Source of the DNA: Clostridia bacterium
Lineage (GTDB): Bacteria > Bacillota > Clostridia > Oscillospirales > CAG-272
Assembly (NCBI GenBank): GCA_017536475.1
Contig: JAFXHH010000021.1
Location: 4,431-68,430, forward strand
Direction of reading: 5' to 3'
Length of the DNA stretch: 64,000 bases
The stretch's first letter is position 1; the number at the start of each line of letters is the position of its first letter. Both the position numbers and the translations under genes were made by a program. Below the pieces are notes generated by a model. It saw nothing but the letters and a program-made list of their open reading frames with translations, had not been told where the DNA came from and ran no database searches. Shown here one piece after another: positions 55,286 through 64,000 of this stretch.

Positions 55286-55535
55286 AGAGACAAACGATAT
55301 CCTCTCGGCATACCTTGCGCTTCTCGTCGAAAAGCACGACAGTATCCGCGTGCCCAAGGAGCTGATACGCGATGCCATTGGAAGCTATCGCGCGATAGTC
55401 GGCGCGGTGGGTGACGATTATGTGATAACCGTAGAGCGTTGCAACGGCAATCTTGCCAAAGCAAGCGACTACAAGTCCGAGAAGCTTAGCATCGGCGAAT
55501 CCTCGCAAGAGCATAGTGTAGATGACGAAAACTAA
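55191..55535 (+). CDS. Hypothetical phage protein (114 aa)
   Basis: The ATG is 5 nt after aaggaag. The ORF ends 14 nt inside terS. Confidence 0.5.
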   Translation: MRVKLTRRIYRGIIALKNKQIKLERERSQGYKETNDILSAYLALLVEKHDSIRVPKELIRDAIGSYRAIVGAVGDDYVITVERCNGNLAKASDYKSEKLSIGESSQEHSVDDEN

Positions 55536-56013
55536 ATACGAACGTTGGCTACAGTCTTTCGGACTTGAACGAGTCCGTCGACTTGCCGAAGAGGGCTTAT
55601 CTGACGAGGAGATCGCTATCGCCTCGGGGATTGAGATATCGACCTTCAGACTTTGGAAACGTATGCACCCCGATTTTGCCGAGGCGCTCGGTCTCGGCAG
55701 AGAAAACGCCGACTACGATATAGTCAGGGCGCTTTATAAGAAGGCTACGGGCTACAACGTGGCGGTGGACAAGACCTATAAGCTCAAAAGAGTCGAATTT
55801 GATCCCGAAACGGGTAAGAAGATACGCGAATACGAGGAGCTTGCCACGGGAGTTGACACCGCCCACGTGCCCGCCGATCTGCGAGCCGAGATCTTCTGGC
55901 TCAAAAATCGCCAGCCTGAACGCTGGAGCGATCGACTCGAGAGAGAGACTGACGGCGAGGGCGGTGGGGTCATAGAAATGCCCGAGGCGGACTCTATCGA
56001 CGAGGAGAATTGA
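55522..56013 (+). CDS. terS: Terminase small subunit
   Basis: N-terminal HTH-like segment (LSDEEIAIASGIEISTFRLWKR) and the block AEIFWLKNRQPERWSD, immediately upstream of TerL. Confidence 0.75.
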   Translation: MTKTKYERWLQSFGLERVRRLAEEGLSDEEIAIASGIEISTFRLWKRMHPDFAEALGLGRENADYDIVRALYKKATGYNVAVDKTYKLKRVEFDPETGKKIREYEELATGVDTAHVPADLRAEIFWLKNRQPERWSDRLERETDGEGGGVIEMPEADSIDEEN

Positions 56014-56027
56014 GGAGGGCAGAGTCG

Positions 56028-57494
56028 ATGTCAGGTAAGCTAAACCAAGAGAAAAGGGTAGTCTGGCGACCTCAACCGAGACAGGCGGCATTTATGCGAA
56101 GACTTGAGGACGAGGCGCTTTACGGCGGCGCGGCGGGCGGCGGCAAGTCGGATTGCGCGCTTGCCGAGGCGTTGCGGCAGATAAATATACCACACTATCG
56201 CGGTCTGATACTCCGCAAGACCTACCCACAGCTCTCCGAGCTTATAGACCGATCCTATTCGATATATTCGGACTTCTGTCCCGAGGCGGTCTACAACGAA
56301 TCCAAGCATTTTTGGCGCTTTCCGTCAGGCGCGAAGATATACTTCGGCTCGCTCGCCCACGCCTCCGACCGATACAATTATCAGGGAAAACGCTACGATT
56401 TTATTGACTTTGACGAGCTGACGCAGTTCACGTTTGACGAATACAGCTATCTTTTTTCTCGAAACAGACCAAGCGGTCCGGGAACAAGATGCTATATGAG
56501 GGCGCAGGCGAACCCCGGGGGCATAGGTCACGGCTGGGTCAAGGAAAGATTTATCACCCCCGCGCCGCCTATGACTACGATCTGGGAGACGGTAAAGATC
56601 CGCTTCCCCGACGGTCACGAGGAGGAAAGACGGAAATCGAGGATCTTCGTGCCGTCCACGGTCTTCGATAACGAAATATTGTTAAGGAACGATCCTGACT
56701 ACCTTACGCGTCTGGCGTCGCTCCCCGAAGCCGAGCGCGCTGCACTGCTTTACGGCGATTGGAACGGATTTGCGGGACAGGTGTTTACCGAGTGGAAGAA
56801 CGATCCCGACCGATACCTTGACCGCACGGCGACTCACGTGATCTCGCCCTTCAGAATACCGAAGCATTGGCGGATATACCGCGGCTTCGACTGGGGCTAT
56901 TCGCGGCCCTTTTCGGTCGGCTGGTATGCCGAGGACACCGACGGTGTGCTTTACCGTATCCGTGAGCTTTACGGCTGCACGAATACGCCGAACGAGGGTG
57001 TGCGCTGGGAGGCGGAGAAGGTGGCGGCAGAGATCAGACGGATCGAGCGCGAGGACGAAAACCTCTCGGGCAGGACTATCCACGGTGTTGCCGACCCCGC
57101 GATCTATCAGAAGAACGGCGGCGAGAGCATCGGTGGCATAATGGAAAAGCAAGGCATTTATTGGGATAGAGCCGATAACTCGCGGATCGCGGGCAAGCAG
57201 CAGATTCACAATCGCTTAGCCTTCGATGAGAACGGCAAGCCGAGGCTTTACGTTTTCTCGACCTGTCGGCAGTTTATCAGGACCTTTCCTTGTCTTGTTT
57301 ACGATTCCTCCGACGTGGAGGACGTGGACACCTCGGGCGAGGATCACATATACGACGAGCTTCGCTACGTATGTATGGAATGCCCCGTGCCTGCATTAAA
57401 AAAGACGGGGCAGAGCCTTATTATCTCGGCCGACCCACTCGACCTTTACCGTCAAGCCTCCGACAGTTATACGGTAAGGGCAAGATTTAAATAA
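56028..57494 (+). CDS. terL: Terminase large subunit
   Basis: Walker A-like GGAAGGGKSD, Walker B YDFIDFDELT and a C-terminal nuclease block GEDHIYDELRY. Confidence 0.9.
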   Translation: MSGKLNQEKRVVWRPQPRQAAFMRRLEDEALYGGAAGGGKSDCALAEALRQINIPHYRGLILRKTYPQLSELIDRSYSIYSDFCPEAVYNESKHFWRFPSGAKIYFGSLAHASDRYNYQGKRYDFIDFDELTQFTFDEYSYLFSRNRPSGPGTRCYMRAQANPGGIGHGWVKERFITPAPPMTTIWETVKIRFPDGHEEERRKSRIFVPSTVFDNEILLRNDPDYLTRLASLPEAERAALLYGDWNGFAGQVFTEWKNDPDRYLDRTATHVISPFRIPKHWRIYRGFDWGYSRPFSVGWYAEDTDGVLYRIRELYGCTNTPNEGVRWEAEKVAAEIRRIEREDENLSGRTIHGVADPAIYQKNGGESIGGIMEKQGIYWDRADNSRIAGKQQIHNRLAFDENGKPRLYVFSTCRQFIRTFPCLVYDSSDVEDVDTSGEDHIYDELRYVCMECPVPALKKTGQSLIISADPLDLYRQASDSYTVRARFK

Positions 57495-57513
57495 AAGAAA
57501 GGACACATACCCA

Positions 57514-59070
57514 ATGAACGAAAATAAAACGGCAGCCCCCGACCTCTCTCTTGCCATCAAAACGCTTATCCGCTACAAAAGGGAAAAGGCAGAGATTGAG
57601 AGCAGAATAGCGTCGGAGGGCGATATATGGCGCGCGGTCTATGAGGGCGGCGAATCGTCGTCCTGGATATTCAACAGTATAGTCAATAAGCACGCCGATG
57701 TGATCGACAGTATTCCGTCCTGCGTTTGTCTCCCGAGAGAGAAACGCGACGAAAAATATGCCGAGACCTTGTCAAAGATCATTCCCGTGATAACGCAAAG
57801 GTGCGGCTTTGAGCAGACCTATTCCGACAACTGCTGGGAAAAGCTCAAGCACGGCACCGCCGTTTACGGAGTTTTCTGGAATAATGCGCTCGAGGACGGA
57901 CTTGGCGATATCGATATCCGTGCGCTCGCCATGGAGGACATCTTCTGGGAGATAGGAGCTCAGGATATTCAGGACTCGAAAAACCTTTTCATCGTCTCGC
58001 ACAGCGATATCGACGCGCTTGAGGCGACCTTCGGAGTTGACTACGGTCAGCTTCGCGAGCAGGATAGTTCTCTTGCCTCGTCACTCGGAATGAGTGCGGC
58101 AGACGGCAAGTGTCTCGTCGTCGATTGGTACTACAAAAAGTATCTTCCCGACGGCTCGGCTCGGCTCCATCTGTGCAAATTCATCGGCGACCGCGTGCTT
58201 TACAGCTCGGAGAACGACCCGAGCTGCCCTTACGGCTGGTATGAGCACGGTCAGTACCCGATAGTTTTCGACAGAATGTACCCGACGGGGCAGGCGTACG
58301 GCTTTGGAGTCATCGCTACCTCGGCAGAGGCGCAGAGATACATCAACCGTATCGACGCGAACATTCTCGAATACACGGATTGGGCGTCGCGTGTGCGTTT
58401 CTGGGCGAAGCGAAGCCTCGGAGTCAACGAAAAGGAGTTCCTTGACCTTGACCGAAGCATCGTGGAGGTAGAGGGAGACATTGACGAGGAAAAGCTCCGT
58501 CAGATCGAGATATCCCCGATGAACGACTCTGTGATGGATGCGAAGCTGCTCAAGATAGAGGAGCTCAAGACCGTCACGGGCTCGCTCGATGTTTCTCAGG
58601 GAGGCATCAGCGGCGGCATCACCGCGGCTTCGGCGATAAGCATCCTGCGCGAAGCGGGAGCGAAGGCGTCGCGCGACGGCATTGAGGAGACCTACCGTGC
58701 CTACGTCAGAATAATCACGCTCGTGGTCGAGCTGATACGTCAGTTTTACGACGAGACGAGAGTTTTCCGCATAGTCGGTGACGACGGCGCGAGAGAATAC
58801 CTCGGCTTTTGCGGTAAGAGCATCAGGGCGGGCGAGGACGGATATAGGCCTCACTTCGACATCGAGATCAATGCGGTCAAGAAGGCCCCGAGCGAGTCTG
58901 AAAAGAAAAACAAGTTCGCAAAGGAGCTTTACGACTCGGGCGCGTTCAGACCCGAAAATGCCGCACAGACCCTGCTTATGCTTGAAATGATGGATTTTGA
59001 GGGGGTCGGACTGCTCAAGGCGTCGATCCGTTCACTCTACGGAGACGGAAAAGAGGAGAGAAATGATTAA
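57514..59070 (+). CDS. Portal protein
   Basis: 518 aa, directly after TerL. The call rests on size and synteny, and no HMM was run. Confidence 0.75.
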   Translation: MNENKTAAPDLSLAIKTLIRYKREKAEIESRIASEGDIWRAVYEGGESSSWIFNSIVNKHADVIDSIPSCVCLPREKRDEKYAETLSKIIPVITQRCGFEQTYSDNCWEKLKHGTAVYGVFWNNALEDGLGDIDIRALAMEDIFWEIGAQDIQDSKNLFIVSHSDIDALEATFGVDYGQLREQDSSLASSLGMSAADGKCLVVDWYYKKYLPDGSARLHLCKFIGDRVLYSSENDPSCPYGWYEHGQYPIVFDRMYPTGQAYGFGVIATSAEAQRYINRIDANILEYTDWASRVRFWAKRSLGVNEKEFLDLDRSIVEVEGDIDEEKLRQIEISPMNDSVMDAKLLKIEELKTVTGSLDVSQGGISGGITAASAISILREAGAKASRDGIEETYRAYVRIITLVVELIRQFYDETRVFRIVGDDGAREYLGFCGKSIRAGEDGYRPHFDIEINAVKKAPSESEKKNKFAKELYDSGAFRPENAAQTLLMLEMMDFEGVGLLKASIRSLYGDGKEERND

Positions 59071-59398
59071 GACGGAGTTTTCAAGATGTGAGGGAGACTG
59101 GCTCAGATTGAGGATAGACGGCCACGCAGGGTATGGCGAGGAGGGCAACGATATCGTTTGCGCCGCCGTGTCGGGCATATTCTATTCGCTTTGCGGCTAT
59201 CTTTCAAACTTTTGCTCCGACGAAGTCAGGCTCGACTACGTGGGCTCGGGACACGCAGAGGTGCGATGCTCTGCAGTTGGCGAGGAGGCTATGAAGCTTG
59301 CCTGCATCGGAATCTGGCAGATCTCGCTCACGTATCCCGAGTGCGTGAATGTCGAAAACAACGCGTGGAACTGGAAAATGAACTCCTGCCGCGCATAG
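59063..59398 (+). CDS. Prp-like cysteine protease (ribosomal-processing protease family, phage-borne)
   Basis: 111 aa. DGHAGYGEEGNDIVCAAVSGI carries the His and Cys dyad context of the Prp/DUF464 family. It overlaps the portal stop by 8 nt. Confidence 0.75.
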   Translation: MIKTEFSRCEGDWLRLRIDGHAGYGEEGNDIVCAAVSGIFYSLCGYLSNFCSDEVRLDYVGSGHAEVRCSAVGEEAMKLACIGIWQISLTYPECVNVENNAWNWKMNSCRA

Positions 59399-59436
59399 AT
59401 CACCGATAACGGTGGGAAAGGATTACGTTTTTACTT

Positions 59437-60123
59437 ATGGAAGAAAACAAAACGGATATCTTCGTTGACGAAGACGCTATCGGGGCGTTACCCGAGGACG
59501 AGAGCGCAGAGGACGGGGATCTTTTTGAGGGGAGCGATACGCTTTCTGCAGAGGAGCTAAGACGTGCCGAGCGTGCCGAATACGACAGACTTATCAGATC
59601 GCGGTTCAAGGAATTTTATACCGAGGATACCCAGAGGATGATAAACCGTCGTTTCCGTAAATTCAAGGAGCAGGAGGAGAAGCTTCGTCAGTCGGTGGAG
59701 GAGGGGCGCGCAGAGATTGCCGAGAAGTCGAAAAAATTAACCCGCGACGATCTTGTGGCAAGGATCCGCGAGTCCTCCGAGGAGCTTAAAAGGGAATTCA
59801 GCGATTTTTCCGAGGAGCTTGCCTTAAGCTCCGAAAAATTTCTTGAAATTGCGACGGCTCTGCTCGAAGACGGCAGATTCGGACTGTCCGATGCCTATAA
59901 GCTCTCACATTTCGACGAAATAGTCGAACGGACCGCCGAGGATGCGGCGAGAGAGACCGAGAAAAGAGTGCTTGGCGAGATCAGAAGCAAAAGAGCGAGA
60001 CCGAACGAAAACGGACTTGCACATCGTACCGCCGCAAGTCCCTTCGACGTCTCAAAGCTTACCCGAGCCGACCGCGCAAGGCTTGCCAAGCGCGCGGCAG
60101 GGGGAGAGAAGATCAAGCTTTAA
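59437..60123 (+). CDS. Scaffolding protein (acidic, coiled-coil)
   Basis: 228 aa, highly charged and helical, located between the portal and protease genes and the capsid gene. Confidence 0.6.
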   Translation: MEENKTDIFVDEDAIGALPEDESAEDGDLFEGSDTLSAEELRRAERAEYDRLIRSRFKEFYTEDTQRMINRRFRKFKEQEEKLRQSVEEGRAEIAEKSKKLTRDDLVARIRESSEELKREFSDFSEELALSSEKFLEIATALLEDGRFGLSDAYKLSHFDEIVERTAEDAARETEKRVLGEIRSKRARPNENGLAHRTAASPFDVSKLTRADRARLAKRAAGGEKIKL

Positions 60124-60171
60124 AGCTCGATCTGAAATTAACCATTCAAAAACAGAAAGGAACAACAAATT

Positions 60172-61458
60172 ATGACAATTTTCAACTTGGATCTTCAGCT
60201 TTTCGGAGCAGGCGACAAGGTGCTTGGCACCGAGGGCGAGATCAACGTAAAGAACGGTGACGTCACCGCATACGCCGAGGGAGAGGGACTTTCTCCCGAG
60301 ATGAAGACCTATTATTCGGACTATCTTATCGACAATGCCGAGCCCGCGCTCGTTCACGATCGCTTCGCGCAGAAGCACGCGATTCCCGCAGGCAACGGCA
60401 AGTCGGTTCAGTTCCGCAAATACGATCCGCTGCCCAAGCTGACGGATCCTATCGCCGAGGGAATCACCCCCACGGGACAGACCATCAATATGGGAATCGT
60501 CAACGCGACCGTTGCACAGTACGGCGGCTACGTTGAGCTCACCGACCTGCTTCTTATGACCGCCATCGACAACAATCTCTGCATGGCGACCAAGCTTCTC
60601 GGCTCTCAGGCAGGCAGAACCCTCGACACTATCTCCCGTGAGGTGCTCGTCGGCGGAACTAACGTGCAGTATGCCGAGGGAGACGTCAGCTCCCGTAGCC
60701 AGCTCGTCGGCGGTAATGAGAACAGAGCGGACAACCACTATCTCACCGTTGACGCGGTTCGCAAGGCGGTCAGATTCCTCAAGAATCAGAACGCCGAGAA
60801 GATCGACGGCGCTTACGTTGCGATTATTCATCCCGATTGCGCCTACGACCTTATGAGCGATCCCAACTGGAAGTATCCCCACCAGTATGCCGACCCCTCG
60901 GCTATCTTCGAAGGCGAGATCGGTCGTATCGAGGGAGTTCGCTTCATCGAGAGCACCGAGGCCAAGGTGTTCCACGCTGAAGACCTTGCCGAAAACGCAA
61001 GAACTCTCACCGTAAGCGATGCGGTAAACGGCTCGGACACGATCAGTTTCAAGACCGACGCGAACGTCGCTGACGGCGCGCTTGTGGGCAGAGAAGTGCT
61101 CATCGAGGGCAAGAAGTACTACGTTTCGGCTAACACTTCGTCCTCTATGACTCTTTGCACCGACAGCACCAAGGCGACCGCAGCCTCCGTGACCTGCGCG
61201 GCGAACGCGATCATCTATCCCGGTGAGGCAGGCGCTAACGGTGTTGACGTCTACGCGACCCTCGTCTTTGGCGAGAATGCGTACGGCACAACCACCCTTG
61301 CCGACGGCGGACTCGAGCACATAGTCAAGCAGCTTGGCAGCGCGGGCAGCTCCGACCCTCTCAATCAGAGAGCGACTGTGGGCTGGAAGGCGACCAAGGT
61401 CACCGTCCGTCTTGTCGAAGCGTTTATGATCCGTATCGAAACTGCGGCTTCGGTTTGA
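60172..61458 (+). CDS. Major capsid protein with an L27-like N-terminal leader (MTIFNLDLQLF/GAG)
   Basis: 428 aa, positioned after the scaffold gene. The N-terminus matches the Prp cleavage context. Confidence 0.78.
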   Translation: MTIFNLDLQLFGAGDKVLGTEGEINVKNGDVTAYAEGEGLSPEMKTYYSDYLIDNAEPALVHDRFAQKHAIPAGNGKSVQFRKYDPLPKLTDPIAEGITPTGQTINMGIVNATVAQYGGYVELTDLLLMTAIDNNLCMATKLLGSQAGRTLDTISREVLVGGTNVQYAEGDVSSRSQLVGGNENRADNHYLTVDAVRKAVRFLKNQNAEKIDGAYVAIIHPDCAYDLMSDPNWKYPHQYADPSAIFEGEIGRIEGVRFIESTEAKVFHAEDLAENARTLTVSDAVNGSDTISFKTDANVADGALVGREVLIEGKKYYVSANTSSSMTLCTDSTKATAASVTCAANAIIYPGEAGANGVDVYATLVFGENAYGTTTLADGGLEHIVKQLGSAGSSDPLNQRATVGWKATKVTVRLVEAFMIRIETAASV

Positions 61459-61544
61459 TCATCGCCTAGACTAAACCTTGGAGCGAGCACTCTGCGGAGG
61501 GCTCGCTCCTCCCCGACTACATCTGAACAGAAAGGATCATTGAT

Positions 61545-61913
61545 ATGACGAAATTCAACGAGGCAATAGCTGCGCTCAAGGAGGAATACGAGCTCAAGCT
61601 CGCCGAAAAGGAGGCGGAGAACGCCCGTCTTCGCGGCGAGAAGCGGAGCGCGGACGAGCGCAGATTGGAAGCGGCGAAGGAATATGAGAGATATCTCAAC
61701 GAATACATCTCGGTCAAGCTTTTCAAGGACAACGACCGCTATAAAGACGACGTCTACGTCGCTGTCAACGGTCAGAACTGCATTATCAAGCGCGGAGAGT
61801 GGGTAAAGATCAAGCGCAAATTCGCGCTCGTGCTCGATGCGTCCGAGATTCAGGATATGAAGACCGCCGAATTCATTGAAAGAGAACAAAAGCGCTTCAG
61901 CGAAGCTAATTGA
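61545..61913 (+). CDS. Hypothetical phage head-associated protein (122 aa, coiled-coil N-terminus)
   Basis: RBS gaaagga. It is the last gene before a strong terminator. Confidence 0.5.
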   Translation: MTKFNEAIAALKEEYELKLAEKEAENARLRGEKRSADERRLEAAKEYERYLNEYISVKLFKDNDRYKDDVYVAVNGQNCIIKRGEWVKIKRKFALVLDASEIQDMKTAEFIEREQKRFSEAN

Positions 61914-61918
61914 TTTGT

Positions 61919-61952
61919 GAAAGGCTGTCCCGAAAGGACAGCCTTTGTTATT
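61919..61952 (+). terminator. Rho-independent terminator ending the head operon
   Basis: Hairpin aaaggctgtcc-cgaa-aggacagccttt followed by T-rich sequence. Confidence 0.85.
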
Positions 61953-61995
61953 TGCAAAAAAATTGTGCTCTCGACAGCCTTCGATTATAATTCTC

Positions 61996-62024
61996 TTGAC
62001 AAAATATAACGGGCTAATTATAAT
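61996..62024 (+). promoter_or_regulatory. Perfect-consensus sigma-A promoter of the LRR lipoprotein gene
   Basis: TTGACA (61996-62001), a 17-nt spacer and TATAAT (62019-62024). Confidence 0.75.
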
Positions 62025-62118
62025 TAATATATAGATGACCGCGCAGACCGCATTTAGGGGCGATTTTGCGTGTTTTGGCATTGGGTTGCCGATATTTGTG
62101 TTTTTCAGGAGGAAAAAT

Positions 62119-64000
62119 ATGAAATTTAAACGAACCATCAGATTTCTTTCACTTGTTATTGCCGTTTTTGTGTGCTTGCAAGCGTTCGTTGCCTGCGACA
62201 TGTCAGGCCTGCTTGGCAACGGATCTTCGCAGAATGGTTCTTCCGAGACAAAGGATAATGAGACCGATAAGGGACCGAACGCGGATAAGGATAACGGCTC
62301 ATCAAACAGACCTCCTGACGCACAAAAGGATAGCGAGGGCCTTGAATTCGAGCTTTATCGCGGTGAGACCTATGCGGTCAAGGGGATCGGAAGCTGCACG
62401 GATAAGAATATAGTTATCCCGAGCATCTATGAGGGATATCCCGTTATAATGATCAGCGACTACGCTTTTTACGGCTGCGATATCGAAAGTGTGATCATAC
62501 CCGACACCGTAAGTCAGATAGGCAGCTCCGCCTTTGACACTTGCTCGGCTCTTACCTCAGTCACTCTTGGAAATGGAGTGACAAGCATAGGCAGGGGAGC
62601 TTTTCTTGCTTGTACGCAGCTTAGAAGCATAGTTATTCCTGATAGCGTTCGATATATCGGAATGAGTGCGTTTGAGGCGTGCGGCAGACTTGAAAGCGTC
62701 AGCTTTGGCAGAGGACTTACAGAGATCGGAGATTATGCATTCTCGCTTTGCGGAAATCTGTCGGAGATCACCCTGCCAGACAACGTTGAATCACTCGGTA
62801 TGGGCGCGTTCAACGGATGTATGGGGTTGAAAAGTGTGACCCTCGGCAGCGGAATAAACACTATAAAAGAAAGAACGTTCAGCGAGTGCTACGACCTTGA
62901 AAAGATCACATTTTATAACAGCGTTCGCAGTATAGAGCCGCACGCGTTTAATATGTGCGAGTCGATTGCCACCGTTGAGTTTTATGGAAACACGGCGGAT
63001 TGGAATGCGATCTCGATCAGTGCGGGCAACGGAAAAATGACCGCCGCGGAGCTGATCTGCAAGCTGGCAGACGAATCCGACGGCGTGCTGATAGATCTTG
63101 AGCTTAACGAGGACGGCGACGGATACGTCGTTGTCGGAATAGGCTCGTTCAACGAAAGAGATCTGGTCATTCCCGATACGTACAAGGGTCTTCCCGTGAC
63201 CGAGATAGGCAGAGAAGCCTTCGAGGGAAGTGAAACGCTTAAAAACGTAATTATACCCGACAGTGTTGAAAAGATCGGCGTGGGAGCGTTTGCTAACTGC
63301 CGTTCTCTGACGCACGTCACCTTCGGGAATGGACTCGTCGAGATCGCAGACAGCGCGTTTATGGCAACGAGCCTGTTAAGGATCACTCTTCCCGACAGCG
63401 TCAAGAAGATAGACGATAACGCGTTTGCCGATTGCCGTCTGCTTGACAGTATTGATCTTGGCGAGGGCGTCAGACAGATAGGAAATTTTGCTTTTGCTTA
63501 TTGCATAGATCTGCCCGAGATAATCTTCCCCGACAGTATAGAAGCCGTGGGAGTATCCGCATTTGAGGGCTGTGATGGCTTAAAGACTGTAGGGCTCCAC
63601 CCCGATATAGTGTATATGGAGGACTCCTTTGACAACTGTGATGCATTGGAAACCGTTATATTCCGAGGACATCCTGCAGAGTGGGAGGTCTTGATCCACG
63701 TTCTCGGTCTTGAGAGCTTCAGGGGATTGATCGTCAAGTTTGAGGACGGCACGGAAATCGAAGGCAGCGACACTCCCGACGGCGACGATCCCAACGGTGA
63801 TGACCCCAACGGTGACGATCCCAATGGCGACGATCCCAATGGCGACGATCCCAATGGCGACGATCCCAACGGTGATGATCCCAGCGGCGACGATCCCAGC
63901 GGCGACGATCCTAGCGGCGATGATCCCAGTGGCGATAACGAATACAGTCAGGGACTTGACTACGCGCTTTCGGCAGAAGGAAACGGCTACGTGATCACGG
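62119..64000 (+). CDS. BspA-type leucine-rich-repeat (LRR_5-like) surface lipoprotein; the 3' end is beyond the window
   Basis: Not in the ORF track because no stop codon occurs before the window end. I translated it by hand in frame 1 from the ATG at 62119, which follows AGGAGG. It has a signal peptide with lipobox (LQAFVAC). Repeated modules of about 23 aa follow the pattern IPDSV..IG..AF..C..L..V. A (GDDPN/S)10 linker is present. Confidence 0.85.
   Translation, partial: MKFKRTIRFLSLVIAVFVCLQAFVACDMSGLLGNGSSQNGSSETKDNETDKGPNADKDNGSSNRPPDAQKDSEGLEFELYRGETYAVKGIGSCTDKNIVIPSIYEGYPVIMISDYAFYGCDIESVIIPDTVSQIGSSAFDTCSALTSVTLGNGVTSIGRGAFLACTQLRSIVIPDSVRYIGMSAFEACGRLESVSFGRGLTEIGDYAFSLCGNLSEITLPDNVESLGMGAFNGCMGLKSVTLGSGINTIKERTFSECYDLEKITFYNSVRSIEPHAFNMCESIATVEFYGNTADWNAISISAGNGKMTAAELICKLADESDGVLIDLELNEDGDGYVVVGIGSFNERDLVIPDTYKGLPVTEIGREAFEGSETLKNVIIPDSVEKIGVGAFANCRSLTHVTFGNGLVEIADSAFMATSLLRITLPDSVKKIDDNAFADCRLLDSIDLGEGVRQIGNFAFAYCIDLPEIIFPDSIEAVGVSAFEGCDGLKTVGLHPDIVYMEDSFDNCDALETVIFRGHPAEWEVLIHVLGLESFRGLIVKFEDGTEIEGSDTPDGDDPNGDDPNGDDPNGDDPNGDDPNGDDPNGDDPSGDDPSGDDPSGDDPSGDNEYSQGLDYALSAEGNGYVIT
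63781..63930 (+). repeat. In-frame 15-bp tandem repeat x10 (ggcgacgatcccaay) encoding (GDDPN)6(GDDPS)4
   Basis: Read directly from the sequence. The units differ mainly at synonymous positions and by Asn to Ser. Confidence 0.95.

Larger units (their letters stand above)
53450..61952. mobile_element. Phage-derived region: repressor switch plus packaging and head-morphogenesis module. The left end is not defined and no integrase was seen
   Basis: The order is CI-like repressor, divergent promoters, TerS, TerL, portal, Prp-like protease, scaffold, capsid. A strong terminator sits at 61919-61952. Confidence 0.8.

Overview
The window is a chromosomal segment of a spore-forming Firmicute of the Clostridia type, judged from sigG, a GerA/SpoVAF-family gene, SpoVD/SpoVE-like dcw genes and Clostridia-style gene order. 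Most of it is housekeeping. It contains mfd (5' end off-window), two tandem PrsA-like lipoproteins, cysE, a lipid kinase, a split ThrE exporter, a PPi-type phosphofructokinase, a tRNA Gly-Arg-His operon, yqeG, an M24 peptidase, plsY, hisS, tRNA-Thr, kdgK-eda, a duplicated ABC-2 transporter with a two-component system, pdxK, nrdR and a long dcw cluster (mraZ to ftsQ). After the dcw cluster come sigG and a convergent ftsZ-radC pair. The last 10.5 kb (about 53.4-64 kb) is accessory. It holds an XRE-S24 (CI/LexA-like) repressor with two divergent consensus promoters, a short terminated leader RNA, and a phage packaging and head module: TerS, TerL, portal, Prp-like protease, scaffold, and a capsid protein with an L27-like leader. 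No integrase, replication, lysis or tail genes are visible. A BspA-type LRR lipoprotein follows the module and runs off the window. The second unexplained layer is non-coding. It includes a modular leader element of about 230 nt found upstream of three unrelated genes, a family of palindromes with a T-run/A-run apex, tandem T-arm-like hairpin units behind tRNA-His, and tRNA-Thr flanked by fragments of itself. All calls come from reading the sequence and the supplied ORF translations. No searches, folds or statistics were run. No CRISPR array, rRNA or transposase was seen.
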